64,000 nt of DNA from Pecten maximus (GCF_902652985.1 NC_047015.1:30628001-30692000), one strand, 5' to 3'; numbered from the stretch's first letter, positions 51,645-64,000 are shown. Numbers and translations: made by a program. Notes: generated from the letters alone by a model not told the origin.

Positions 51645-53625
51645 TTAAGTAACCTCTACAGACTGACCATTAACCCCCAGTATGACGTTAGGTAACCTCT
51701 ACAGACTGACCATTAACCCCCAGTATGACGTTAGGTAACCTCTACAGACTGACCATTAACCCCACAGTTTGACGTTAAGTAACCTCTACAGACTGACCAT
51801 TAACCCCCACAGTGTGGCGTTATGTAACCTCTACAGACTGACCATTAACCCCCACAGTGTGACGCTAGGTACCTCTACAGACTGACCATTAACCCCCACT
51901 GTGTGACGTTAAGTAATCTCTACAGACTGACCATTAACCCTACAGTGTGACGTAAGGTACCTCTACAGACTGACCATTAACCCCCACTGTGTGACATTAG
52001 GTAACATCTACAGACTGACCATTAACCCCCACAGTGTGACGTTAGGTAACATATACAGACTGACCATTAACCCCCACAGTGTGACGTTAGGTAACATCTA
52101 CAGACTGACCATTAACCCCACAGTGTGACGTTAGGTAACATCTACAGACTGACCATTAACCCCCACAGTGTGACGTTAGGTAACATCTACAGACTGATCA
52201 TTAACCCCCACAGTGTGACATTATGTAACCTCTACAGACTGACCATTAACCCCCACAGAGTGACGTTAGGTAACATCTACAGACTGACCATTGACTCCAC
52301 AGTGTGACGTTAGGTAACATCTACAGACTGACCATTGACCCCACAGTGTGACGTTAGGTAGCATCTACAGACTGACCATTAACCCCACAGTGTGACGTTA
52401 CACAACCTCTACAGACTGACCATTAACCCCCACAGTGTGACGTTACACAACCTCTACAGACTGACCATTAACCCCCACAGTGTGACGTTAGGTAACATCT
52501 ACAGACTGACCATTAACCCCACAGTGTGACGTTAGGTAACCTCTACAGACTGACCATTAACCCCCACAGTGTGACGTTAGGTAACCCCTACAGACTGACC
52601 ATTAACCCCACAGTGTGACGTTAGGTAACATCTACAGACCGACTATTAACCCTCACAGTATGACGTTAAGTAACATCTACAGACTGAACATTAACCCCAC
52701 AGTGTGACGTTACACAACCTCTAGACTGACCATTAACCCCCACAGTGTGACGTTGCACAACCTCTACAGACTGACCATTAACCCCCACAGTGTGACGTTA
52801 AGTAACCTCTACAGACTGACCATTAACCCCCACAGTGTGACTTTAAGTAACATCTACAGACTGAACATTAACCCCACAGTGTGACGTTACACAGCCTCTA
52901 CAGACTTACCATAAACTCCCACAGTGTGACGTTAGGTAACCCCTACAGACTGACCATTAACCCCACAGTGTGACGTTAGGTAACCTCTACAGACTGACCA
53001 TTAACCCCCACAGTGTGACGTTAAGTACCTCTACAGACTGACCATTAACCCCACAGTGTGACGTTAGGTAACATCTACAGACTGACCATTAACCCCCACA
53101 GTGTGACGTTAGGTAACCTCTACAGACTGACCATTAACCCCACAGTGTGACGTTAGGTAACCTCTACAGACTGACCATTAACCCCCACAGTGTGACGTTA
53201 AGTACCTATACAGACTGACCATTAACCCCACAGTGTGACGTTAGGTAACCTCTACAGACTGACCATTAACCCCACAGTGTGACGTTAAGTACCTTTACAG
53301 ACTGACCATTAACCCCACAGTGTGACGTTAGGTACCTCTACAGACTGACCTTTAACCCCACAGTGTAACGTTAGGTAACCTCTACAGACTGACCATTAAC
53401 CCACAGTGTGACGTTAAGTAACCTCTACAGACTGACCATTAACCCCACAGTGTGACGTTAAACAACCCCTACAGACTGAACATTAACCCCACAGTTTGAC
53501 GTTAGGTACCTCTACAGACTGACCATTAACCCCACAGTGTGACGTTAAGTAACCTCTACAGACTGAACATTAACCCCACAGTGACGTTAAACAACCTCTA
53601 CAGACTTACCATAAACTCCCACAAT
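51645..53625. repeat. Minisatellite, 44-45-bp unit (acagtgtgacgttaggtaacctctacagactgaccattaacccc), ~45 copies
   Basis: Direct tandem periodicity; ends directly at the first HINE copy. Confidence 0.96.
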
Positions 53626-53638
53626 GTCAAATATATAT

Positions 53639-55100
53639 ACTAGAAATTGTTGGTTAACAATTTGACGGGCTTTTCACCTTCTTAGCATAAATGACCTAAA
53701 GGCTTGGTATTTCAAAAGGTAAGAAAAAACTATTTAAAAACACTTGATAGGTCATCCGCATTCTAGTTTTGAATTAATCTGGCATCTGAAATAAAACGTT
53801 TCAACAAATGTTGGACGAGGGGAGGTAACTCGTACAGCCTTGTACGAGTTATCTCCCCTCGTCCAACTAACGTTATATCTCAGATGCCGTTATATATCTG
53901 ATGCCAAATTAATTCAAAATGGCGTTCCGCGTTAATTTAGATTAAAAAATGAAGATTTTCTAAAAATAGACTTATTTGACCCCATAGCGAACGCTTTTAT
54001 TTGACCTCTGACCCTAAAACTTTTAGTGAGTAAAAGCTAGAGCCAGCCTTTAACTACAAATAACATAACTTGGCCAGGACAATCCAAGTATTATTTCAGC
54101 TAAGATTGAGCTGAATACCACAGGTGGAACTTGAGAAGAAGTTTAAAATGTAAAACTATTTTTAATATAGAATATATAGTGGAAATTCAAAATGGCGTAT
54201 ACCGGAAACCGTATGTGTCACAGAAAAACTGAAAAGGTCAAATTTATCAGAATGACATTCTACATCATACTAAGAACTTTTTTTGGAAAAAGATTGAAAA
54301 ATGAAGATTTTCTAAAAATGGACTAATTTAACCCCATAGCGAACGCTTTTATTTGACCTCTGACCTTAAAACTTTTGGTGAGTAAAAGTTAGCGCTAGTC
54401 ATTATCTACAAATAACATTAATACATAACCTTTGTAAAATGAATACTTTTAGAGTTATGGCCATTTTAAACTTTTCAATACATGACGTCATGGCGGCCAT
54501 CTTGAATTTCAAACCAACTTAAAAAAATAACATAACTTGGCCAGGACATTCCAAGGATTATTTCAGCTAAGATTGAGCTGAATGCCACAGGTGGAACTTG
54601 AGAAGAAGTTTGAAATGTACACACTTTTCTATTGAAATATATAGGGGGAAATTCAAAATGGCGTACAACAGAAACCGTATGTGTCACAGAAAAAACTGAA
54701 AACGTCAAATTCATTAGAATGACATTCTGCATCATATTTCGAAAGAATTTTTGAAAAAGAAGGAAAAATGAAGATTTTCTAAAAATAGACGTAACTTGAC
54801 CCTCAGGCGAGCTTTTTCATTTGACCTCTGACCTCAAAACAATGCATTATTAAAAGTTGGCCCCAGATGAGTCCTACAATAATATATCTTTGAAATTATT
54901 TGAACTGTTACCGTTTTGGAGCTACTTAAGCAAAATGAGATATGACGTCATGGCGGCCATCTTGGTTTCTTGACCTACTTGAAGATGTTGCTGTCACCCC
55001 TTCAACTCATGCCATATACAATAGGCATAACTGACTTGGCATACCTTTTACCATTTTCCCACAATTTGTGTGACAAAATAAAATGCAGAAGAAGAATAAT
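53639..55100 (-). mobile_element. Non-autonomous Helentron/DINE-1-like element (HINE), copy 1, far terminus missing
   Basis: actagaaattgtt-loop-aacaattt hairpin plus gggcttttcac subTIR; internal repeats; ends in (GAA)(TAA) tract. Confidence 0.8.
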
Positions 55101-56268
55101 TAAATAAGTATTTATATAATAATCCGAATTTTTATGTTAATGACCGTAGCAACTAAACCGCAACTGTTCTGAATACATAATAACAAAATTAGATGATCTG
55201 ACCACGCGGGGACATTGTACGATGTTTACTTGCCGAAATATACGCATTTTAATTCCAATCCAAACCGCCTCACAGCTTCGGGTCGCCATCTTTGCTCAAA
55301 TCAAAACATCTGTGCGTTTGAAAGAGTCAGTACTGCAAAGCTTCTAAATGATCTTGTGATACAAATTTTAAGATTATAATAGAAACGAAATATGGATTTT
55401 AAAATAATTTGATTTAAATTACTTATGCTTTAGGTTAGCAAATAGTAGCAATTATTTACAATGAACTTTAACGTTGTACTCAATACTGATCACGATGCTT
55501 TTATTTAGACGTTTTCTATTTCTTTCGATTCATTTCATTTAAAGAATTGATTTAGATTTCCCAGTAATTTCGCGGGAAATGAATTTGATGACGTAGGTAG
55601 CCCACATGCTATAGAATCAGGCATCTATAGTCGATAAGTGGAGGTTTGGAGTGGATAACACTTCGGTCCATTAGCTGTATGACATTTCGTAGCGTCGGTT
55701 ATTAGAACGTGACCCAGAAAAAAAACCAACGTGATAAAAACAGAAGACCATTGTACATTACCGGATTATTTTCGCAATTTTTGAGACACCATTGTGCGGA
55801 ATTACAATGGAAAGTAACACTGTTTTAATTCATAGCTGTCGTATTGTAACCTATATGTAGTTGGGCAAGACCTACTTTCGTTTTACAGTTTACGGATATG
55901 GTCATATAAATAATTCATCTTCTCAACCATAGTCGAATTACTTCACGGGATAGTTCTATCAAGTATATTTGTTCTTCTTATGTACAGGATGCATCTTTGT
56001 TTAAAATTGACTGGTCTGCAGGTGTGATCTGGCTACTCTCAGCAGACCCTGACCCCGGGGTCACGTTACTATCGTATCCCTTTGCGAACACTTCATAATA
56101 AATGTATACACGACTGATTCGTTTGGATTACTACAACTTTCTACCTTCTTGAAGAGACGTGTATATGATATACCATATTTACGTTGATGGATACTTCAGC
56201 ATTTTAAATACTTTAATATATAAATACTTATAACCGGTAAGCTTGTAATAATAATAATAATAATAATA

Positions 56269-59200
56269 ACTAGAAATTGTTGGTTAACAATTTGACGGGC
56301 TTTTCATTATTTAGCATAAATGACCTAAAGGCTTGGTATTTCCAAACATAAAAAAAACTATTTTAGAACACTTGATAGGTCATCCACATTCTAGTTTTGA
56401 TTAATCTGGCATCTGAGATATTACATTTCAACAAAGGAGTGGACGAAGGGAAATAACACGTACAGCCTTGTACGAGTTATCTCCCCTCGTCCAACTAACG
56501 TTATATCTCAGATGCCGTTATATATCAGATGCCAAATTAATTCAAAATGGCGTTCCGCGTTAATGGTAAACGTTACCGAAACACCAAAAAACATGAAAAT
56601 CATCAGAATAACATTTTGAATCATACTTAAATTTCTTTTTTTGGAAAAAGATTAAAAAATGAAGATTTTCTAAAAATAGACTTATTTGACCCCATAGTGA
56701 ACGCTTTTATTTGACCTTTGACCCTAAAACTTTTAGTGAGTAAAAGCTAGAGCCAGACATTAACTACAAATAACATAATTACCCGACCCCTGTAAAATGA
56801 ATACTTTTCGAATTATGGGCATTTTAAGCTTTTTAATACATGACGTCATGGCGGCCATCTTGGATTTCAAATCAACTTAAAAAATAACATAACTTGGCCA
56901 TGACAATCCAAGGATTATTTCAGCTAAGATTGAGCTGAATGCCACAGGTGGAACTTGAGAAGAAGTTTGAAATGTACACACTTTTCTATTGAAATATATA
57001 GGGGGAAATTCAAAATGGCGTACAACAGAAACCGTATGTGTCACAGAAAAACTGAAAACGTCAAATTCATTAGAATGACATTCTGCATCATATTTCGAAA
57101 GAATTTTTGAAAAAGAAGGAAAAAATGAAGATTTTCTAAAAATAGACTAACTTGACCCTCAGGCGAGCTTTTCCATTTGACCTCTGACCTCAAAACAATG
57201 CATTATTAAAAGTTGGCCCCAGATGAGTCCTACAATAATATATCTTTGAAATTATTTGAACTGTTACCGTTTTGGAGCTACTTAAGCAAAATGAGATATG
57301 ACGTCATGGCGGCCATCTTGGTTTCTTGACCTACTTGAAGATGTTGCTGTCACCCCTTCAACTCATGCCATATACAATAGGCATAACTGACTTGGCATAC
57401 CTTTTACCATTTTCCCACAATTTGTGTGACAAAATAAAATGCAGAAGAATAATGATAACTAGAAATTGTTTCGGAACAATTTGACGGGCTTTTCACTATT
57501 TAGCATAAATGACTTAAAGGCTTGGTATTTCCAAACATAAAAAACTATTTTAGAACACTTGATAGGTCATTCACATTCTAGTTTTGATTAATCTGGCATC
57601 TGAGATATTACATTTCAACAAAGGAGTGGACGAAGGGAAATAACTCGTACAGCCTTGTACGAGTTATCTCCCCTCGTCCAACTAACGTTATATCTCAGAT
57701 GCCGTTATATATCAGATGCCAAATTAATTCAAAATGGTGTTCCGCGTTAATGGTAAACGTTACCGAAACACCAAAAAACATGAAAATCATCAGAATAACA
57801 TTTTGAATCATACTTAAATTTCTTTTTTTGGAAAAAGATTAAAAAATGAAGATTTTCTAAAAATAGACTTATTTGACCCCATAGCGAACGCTTTTATTTG
57901 ACCTCTGACCCTAAAACTTTTGGTGAGTAAAAGCTAGAGCCAGGCATTAACTACAAATAACATAATCACATGACCCCTGTAAAATGAACACTTTATGAAT
58001 TATGGGCATTTTAAGCTTTTTAATATATGACGTCATGGCGGCCATCTTGGATTTTAAACCAAGTTAAAAAGTAACATAACTTGGCCAGGACAATCCAAGG
58101 ATTATTTCAGCTAAGATTGAGCTGAATGCCACTTGCGGAACTTGAGAAGAAGTTTAAAATGTAAAACTATTTTTAATATAGAATATATAAGGGGAAATTC
58201 AAAATGGCGTACAACAGGAACCGTATGTGTCACAGAAAAACTGAAAACGTCAAATTCATCAGAATGACATTCTACATCATACTAAGAAATTTTTTTGGAA
58301 GAAGATTGAAAAATGAAGATTTTTTAAAAATAAACTTATTTGACCCCATAGCGAACGCTTTTATTTGACCTCTGACCCTAAAACTTTTAGTGAGTAAAAG
58401 CTAGAGCCAGGCATTAACTATAAATAACATAATTACCCGACCCCTGTAAAATGAATACTTTTTTAATTATGGGCATTTTAAGCTTTTTTATACATGACGT
58501 CATGGTGGCCATCTTGGATTTCAAATCAACTTAAAAAATAACATAACTTGGCCAGGACAATCCAAGGATTATTTCACCTAAGATTGAGCTGAATGCCATC
58601 TGTGGAACTTGAGAAGAAGTTTAAAATGTAAAACTATTTTTAATATAGAATATATAGGGGGAAATTCAAAATGGCGTACAACAGGAGCCGTATGTGTCAC
58701 AGAAAAACTGAAAACGTCAAATTCATCAGAATGACATTCTACATCATACTAAGAATTTTTTTTGGAAAAAGATTGAAAAATGAAGATTTTCTAAAAATAG
58801 ACTAACTTGACCCCCTGGCGAGCTTTTTTATTTGACCTCTGACCTTTAACTTGTTATTTTATGAAAGTTAGCCCCAAAGGTACTGTAACATAATATCATA
58901 ACATGACTCTTGTTTCTTGAATACTTTTCGAGTTATGGCCATTTTAAACTTTTGAGGTATGACGTCATGGCGGCCATCTTGGTTTCTTGACCTACTTGAA
59001 GATGTTGCTGTCACCCCTTCAACTCATGCCATATACAATAGGCATACCAGACTTGGCATACCTTTTACCATTTTCCCACAACTTGTGTGACAAAATAAAA
59101 TGCAGAAGAAGAAGAATAATAATAAACATAACAGAAACAATAGGTCTTTTCACCACTTTTGGTGAAAAGCCCTAATAATAACTAGAAATTGTTTCGGAAC

Positions 59201-62200
59201 AATTTGACGGGCTTTTCACTATTTAGCATAAATGACCTAAAGGCTTGGTATTTCCAAACATAAAAAAAAATATTTTAGAACACTTGATAGGTCATCCACA
59301 TTCTAGTTTTGATTAATCAGGCATCTGAGATATTACATTTCAACAAAGGAGTGGACGAAGGGAAATAACTCGTACAGCCTTGTACGAGTTATCTCCCCTC
59401 GTCCAACTAACGTTATATCTCAGATGCCGTTATATATCAGATGCCAAATTAATTCAAAATGGCGTTCCGCGTTAATGGTAAACGTTACCGAAACACCAAA
59501 AAACATGAAAATCATCAGAATAACATTTTGAATCATACTTAAATTTCTTTTTTTTGGAAAAAGATTAAAAAATGAAGATTTTCTAAAAATAGACTTATTT
59601 GACCCCATAGCGAACGCTTTTATTTGACCTCTGACCCTAAAACTTTTAGTGAGTAAAAGCTAGAGCCAGGCATTGACTACAAATAACATAATTACCTGAC
59701 CCCTGTAAAATGAATACCTTTTTTAATTATGGGCATTTTAAGCTTTTTAATACATGACGTCATGGCGGCCATCTTGGATTTCGAATCAACTTAAAAAATA
59801 ACATAACTTGGCCAGGACAATCCAAGGATTATTTCACCTAAGATTGAGCTGAATGCCATCTGTGGAACTTGAGAAGAAGTTTAAAATGTAAAACTATTTT
59901 TAATATAGAATATATAGGGGGAAATTCAAAATGGCGTACAACAGGAGCCGTATGTGTCACAGAAAAACTGAAAACGTCAAATTCATCAGAATGACATTCT
60001 ACATCATACTAAGAATTTTTTTTGGAAAAAGATTGAAAAATGAAGATTTTCTAAAAATAGACTAACTTGACCCCCTGGCGAGCTTTTTTATTTGACCTCT
60101 GACCTTTAACTTGTTATTTTATGAAAGTTAGCCCCAAAGGTACTGTAACATAATATCATAACATGACTCTTGTTTCTTGAATACTTTTCGAGTTATGGCC
60201 ATTTTAAACTTTTGAGGTATGACGTCATGGCGGCCATCTTGGTTTCTTGACCTACTTGAAGATGTTGCTGTCACCCCTTCAACTCATGCCATATACAATA
60301 GGCATACCAGACTTGGCATACCTTTTACCATTTTCCCACAACTTGTGTGACAAAATAAAATGCAGAAGAAGAAGAATAATAATAAACATAACAGAAACAA
60401 TAGGTCTTTTCACCACTTTTGGTGAAAAGCCCTAATAATAACTAGAAATTGTTTCGGAACAATTTGACGGGCTTTTCACTATTTAGCATAAATGACCTAA
60501 AGGCTTGGTATTTCCAAACATAAAAAAAAATATTTTAGAACACTTGATAGGTCATCCACATTCTAGTTTTGATTAATCAGGCATCTGAGATATTACATTT
60601 CAACAAAGGAGTGGACGAAGGGAAATAACTCGTACAGCCTTGTACGAGTTATCTCCCCTCGTCCAACTAACGTTATATCTCAGATGCCGTTATATATCAG
60701 ATGCCAAATTAATTCAAAATGGCGTTCCGCGTTAATGGTAAACGTTACCGAAACACCAAAAAACATGAAAATCATCAGAATAACATTTTGAATCATACTT
60801 AAATTTCTTTTTTTTTGGAAAAAGATTAAAAAATGAAGATTTTCTAAAAATAGACTTATTTGACCCCATAGCGAACGCTTTTATTTGACCTCTGACCCTA
60901 AAACTTTTAGTGAGTAAAAGCTAGAGCCAGGCATTGACTACAAATAACATAATTACCTGACCCCTGTAAAATGAATACCTTTTTTAATTATGGGCATTTT
61001 AAGCTTTTTAATACATGACGTCATGGCGGCCATCTTGGATTTCGAATCAACTTAAAAAATAACATAACTTGGCCAGGACAATCCAAGGATTATTTCAGCT
61101 AATATTGAGCTGAATGCCACTTGTGGAACTTGAGAAGAAGTTTAAAATGTAAAACTATTTTTAATTTAGAATATATAGGGGGAAATTCAAAATGGCGTAC
61201 AACAGGAACCGTATGTGTCACAGAAAATCTGAAAACTTCAAATTCATCAGAATGACCTTCTACATCATACTAAGAATTATTTTTGGAAAAAGATTGAAAA
61301 ATGAAGATTTTCTAAAAATAGACTTATTTGACCCCATAGCAAACGCTTTTATTTGACCTCTGACCCTAAAACGTTTGTAAATAAAAGCTATAGCCAGGTA
61401 TTAACTACATATAACATAATTAAATGACCCCGGTAAAATGAATACTTTTCGAATTATGGGCATTTTAAGCTTTTTAATACATGACGTCATGGCGGCCATC
61501 TTGGATTTCAAATCAACTTAAAAAATAACATAACTTGGCCAGGACAATCCAAGGATTATTTCAGCTAAGATTGAGCTGAATGCCACTTGTGGAACTTGAG
61601 AAGAAGTTTAAAATGTAAAACTATTTTTAATATAGAATATATAGGGGGAAATTCAAAATGGCGTACAACAGAAACCGTATGTGCCACAGAAAAACTGAAA
61701 AGGTCAAATTCACCAGAATGACATTCTACATCATACTAACAAAATTTTTTTGGAAAAAGATTGAAAAATGAAGATTTTCTAAAAATAGACTAACTTGACC
61801 CCCAGGCGAGCTTTTTTATTTGACCTCTGACCTTTAACTTGTATTTTTATAAAAGTTAGCCCCAAAGGTACTGTAACATAATATCATAACATTACTCTTG
61901 TTTCTTGAATACTTTTCGAGTTATGGCCATTTTAAACTTTTAAGGTATGACGTCATGGCGGCCATCTTGGTTTCTTGACCTACTTGAAGATGTTGCTGTC
62001 ACCCCTTCAACTCATGCCATATACAATAGGCATAACTGACTTGGCATACCTTTTACCATTTTCCCACAACTTGTGTGACAAAATAAAATGCAGAAAAAGA
62101 AGAATAATAATAAACATAACAGAAACAATAGGTCTTTTCACCACTTAGGTGAAAAGCCCTAATAATAAACAGAACAGAAACAATAGGTCTTTTCACCACT

Positions 62201-64000
62201 TTTGGTGAAAAGCCCTAATAATAACTAGAAATTGTTGGTTAACAATTTGACGGGCTTTTCACCTTCTTAGCATAAATGACCTAAAGGCTTGGTATTTCAA
62301 AAGGTAAGAAAAAACTATTTAAAAACACTTGATAGGTCATCCGCATTCTAGTTTTGAATTAATCTGGCATCTGAAATAAAACGTTTCAACAAATGTTGGA
62401 CGAGGGGAGGTAACTCGTACAGCCTTGTACGAGTTATCTCCCCTCGTCCAACTAACGTTATATCTCAGATGCCGTTATATATCAGATGCCAAATTAATTC
62501 AAAATGGCGTTCCGCGTTAATGGTAAACGTTACCAAAACACCAAAAAACATGAAAATCATCAGAATAACATTGTGCATCAAACTTAAATTTCTTTTTTTG
62601 GAAAAAGATTGAAAAATGAAGATTTTCTAAAAATAGACTTACTTGACCCCATAGCGAACGCTTTTATTTGACCTCTGACCCTAAAACTTTTGGTGAGTAA
62701 AAGCTAGAGCCAGGTATTAACTACAAATAACATAATTACATGACCCCTGTAAAATGCCCCGTCATGGCGGCAATCTAGAATTTCAAACCAAGTTAAAAAA
62801 TAACATAACTTGGCTAGGACAATCCAAGGATTATTTCAGCTAAGATTGAGCTGAATGCCACTTGTGGAACTTGAGAACAAGTTTGAAATGTAACACACTT
62901 TTCTATATTGAAATATATAGGGGGAAATTCAAAATGGCGTACAACAGAAACCGTATGTGTCACAGAAAAGCTGAAAACGTCAAATTCATTAGAATGACGT
63001 TCTGCATCATATTCCGAAAGAATTTTTGAAAAAGAAGGAAAAATGAAGATTTTATAAAAATAGACTAACTTGACCCTCTGGCGAGCATTTTCATTTGACC
63101 TCGGACCTTTAACTTGTGATTTTATAAAAGTTAGCCCCAAAGGTATTGTAACATAATATCATAACATGACTCTTGTTTCTTGAATACTTTTCGAGTTATG
63201 GCCGTTTTAAACTTTTTAAGTATGACGTCATGGTGGCCATCTTGGATTTTTTGACGTACTTGGAAATGTTGCTGTTACCCCTTTGGCTTATACCATACAA
63301 TATAATAGAAAGATCATTGGTATACCTCTTAAACTTTTAGGAGATGTATTGCTTACAAACTAAAGTGTAGAATAATAATAATAATAATAATAATAATAAC
63401 TAGAAATTGTTGGTTAACAATTTGACGGGCTTTTCACTATTTAGCATAAATGACCTAAAGGCTTGGTTTTTCCAAACATAAAAAACTATTTTAGAACACT
63501 TGATAGGTCATCCACATTCTAGTTTTGATTAATCTGGCATCTGAGATATAACATTTCAACAAAGGAGTGGACGAAGGGAAATAACTCGTACAGCCTTGTA
63601 CGAGTTATCTCCCCTCGTCCAACTAACGTTATATCTCAGATGCCGTTATATATCAGATGCCAAATTAATTCAAAATGGCGTTCCGCGTTAATAGTAAACG
63701 TTACCAAAACACCAAAAAACATGAAAATCATCAGAATAACATTTTGCATCAAACCTAAATTTCTTTTTTTGGAAAAAAATTGAAAAATGAAGATTTTCTA
63801 AAAATAGACTTATTTGACCCCATAGCGAACGCTTTTATTTGACCCTTGACTTTAAAAATTTTAGGTGAGTAAAAGCTAGAGTCAGGCATTAACTACAAAT
63901 AACATAATTACATGACCCCTGTAAAATAAACACTTTTTGAATTATGGGCATTTTAAGTTTTTTAATACATGACGTCATGGCGGCCATCTTGGATTTCGAA
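56269..64000 (-). mobile_element. Head-to-tail/nested cluster of six more HINE copies (starts ~56269, 57458, 59181, 60441, 62224, 63399)
   Basis: Each begins actagaaattgtt (CTAGT 3' end with hairpin on the minus strand). Complete copies end in taggtcttttcacc-loop-ggtgaaaagccct, which contains the inverted subTIR gtgaaaagccc. Microsatellite near that end; variable number of ~465-bp internal repeats; no coding capacity. Confidence 0.85.

Noticed and set aside
1060-53625. CRISPR-like appearance of 29-46-bp repeat arrays
   Set aside because: Units are directly adjacent with no unique spacers; no cas genes; eukaryotic spliced-gene context
54475-63140. Short ORFs within HINE copies
   Set aside because: No Rep/helicase motifs; not maintained across copies except in the exact duplicate

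Overview
AT-rich, repeat-dense animal genomic DNA, most likely from a bivalve mollusc (inferred from the repeat families). Two spliced genes can be reconstructed from splice sites and reading frame. They sit head-to-head around a ~300-bp bidirectional promoter: a 14-exon C2H2 zinc-finger gene orthologous to E4F1 (minus strand, 32058-44441) and a 5-exon FOPNL/CEP20 gene (plus strand, 44743-48692). As assembled, E4F1 carries a 1-nt frameshift in a TGEKP linker in exon 12. The rest of the window holds about eleven unrelated minisatellites (17-61 bp units), which explain most long ORFs in the track. It also holds a decayed CR1-type LINE ORF2, SINE remnants, several palindromic MITEs with target-site duplications and an orphan 227-aa ORF. 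The last ~10 kb is a cluster of young non-autonomous Helentron/DINE-1-like (HINE) elements that appear to insert into each other's (AAT)n tracts and also duplicate in tandem. I found no rRNA, tRNA or CRISPR array. No clearly new biological system is demonstrable from sequence alone; the best leads are the nested HINE cluster, the micro-MITEs and the E4F/CRE-like motif arrays near E4F1.
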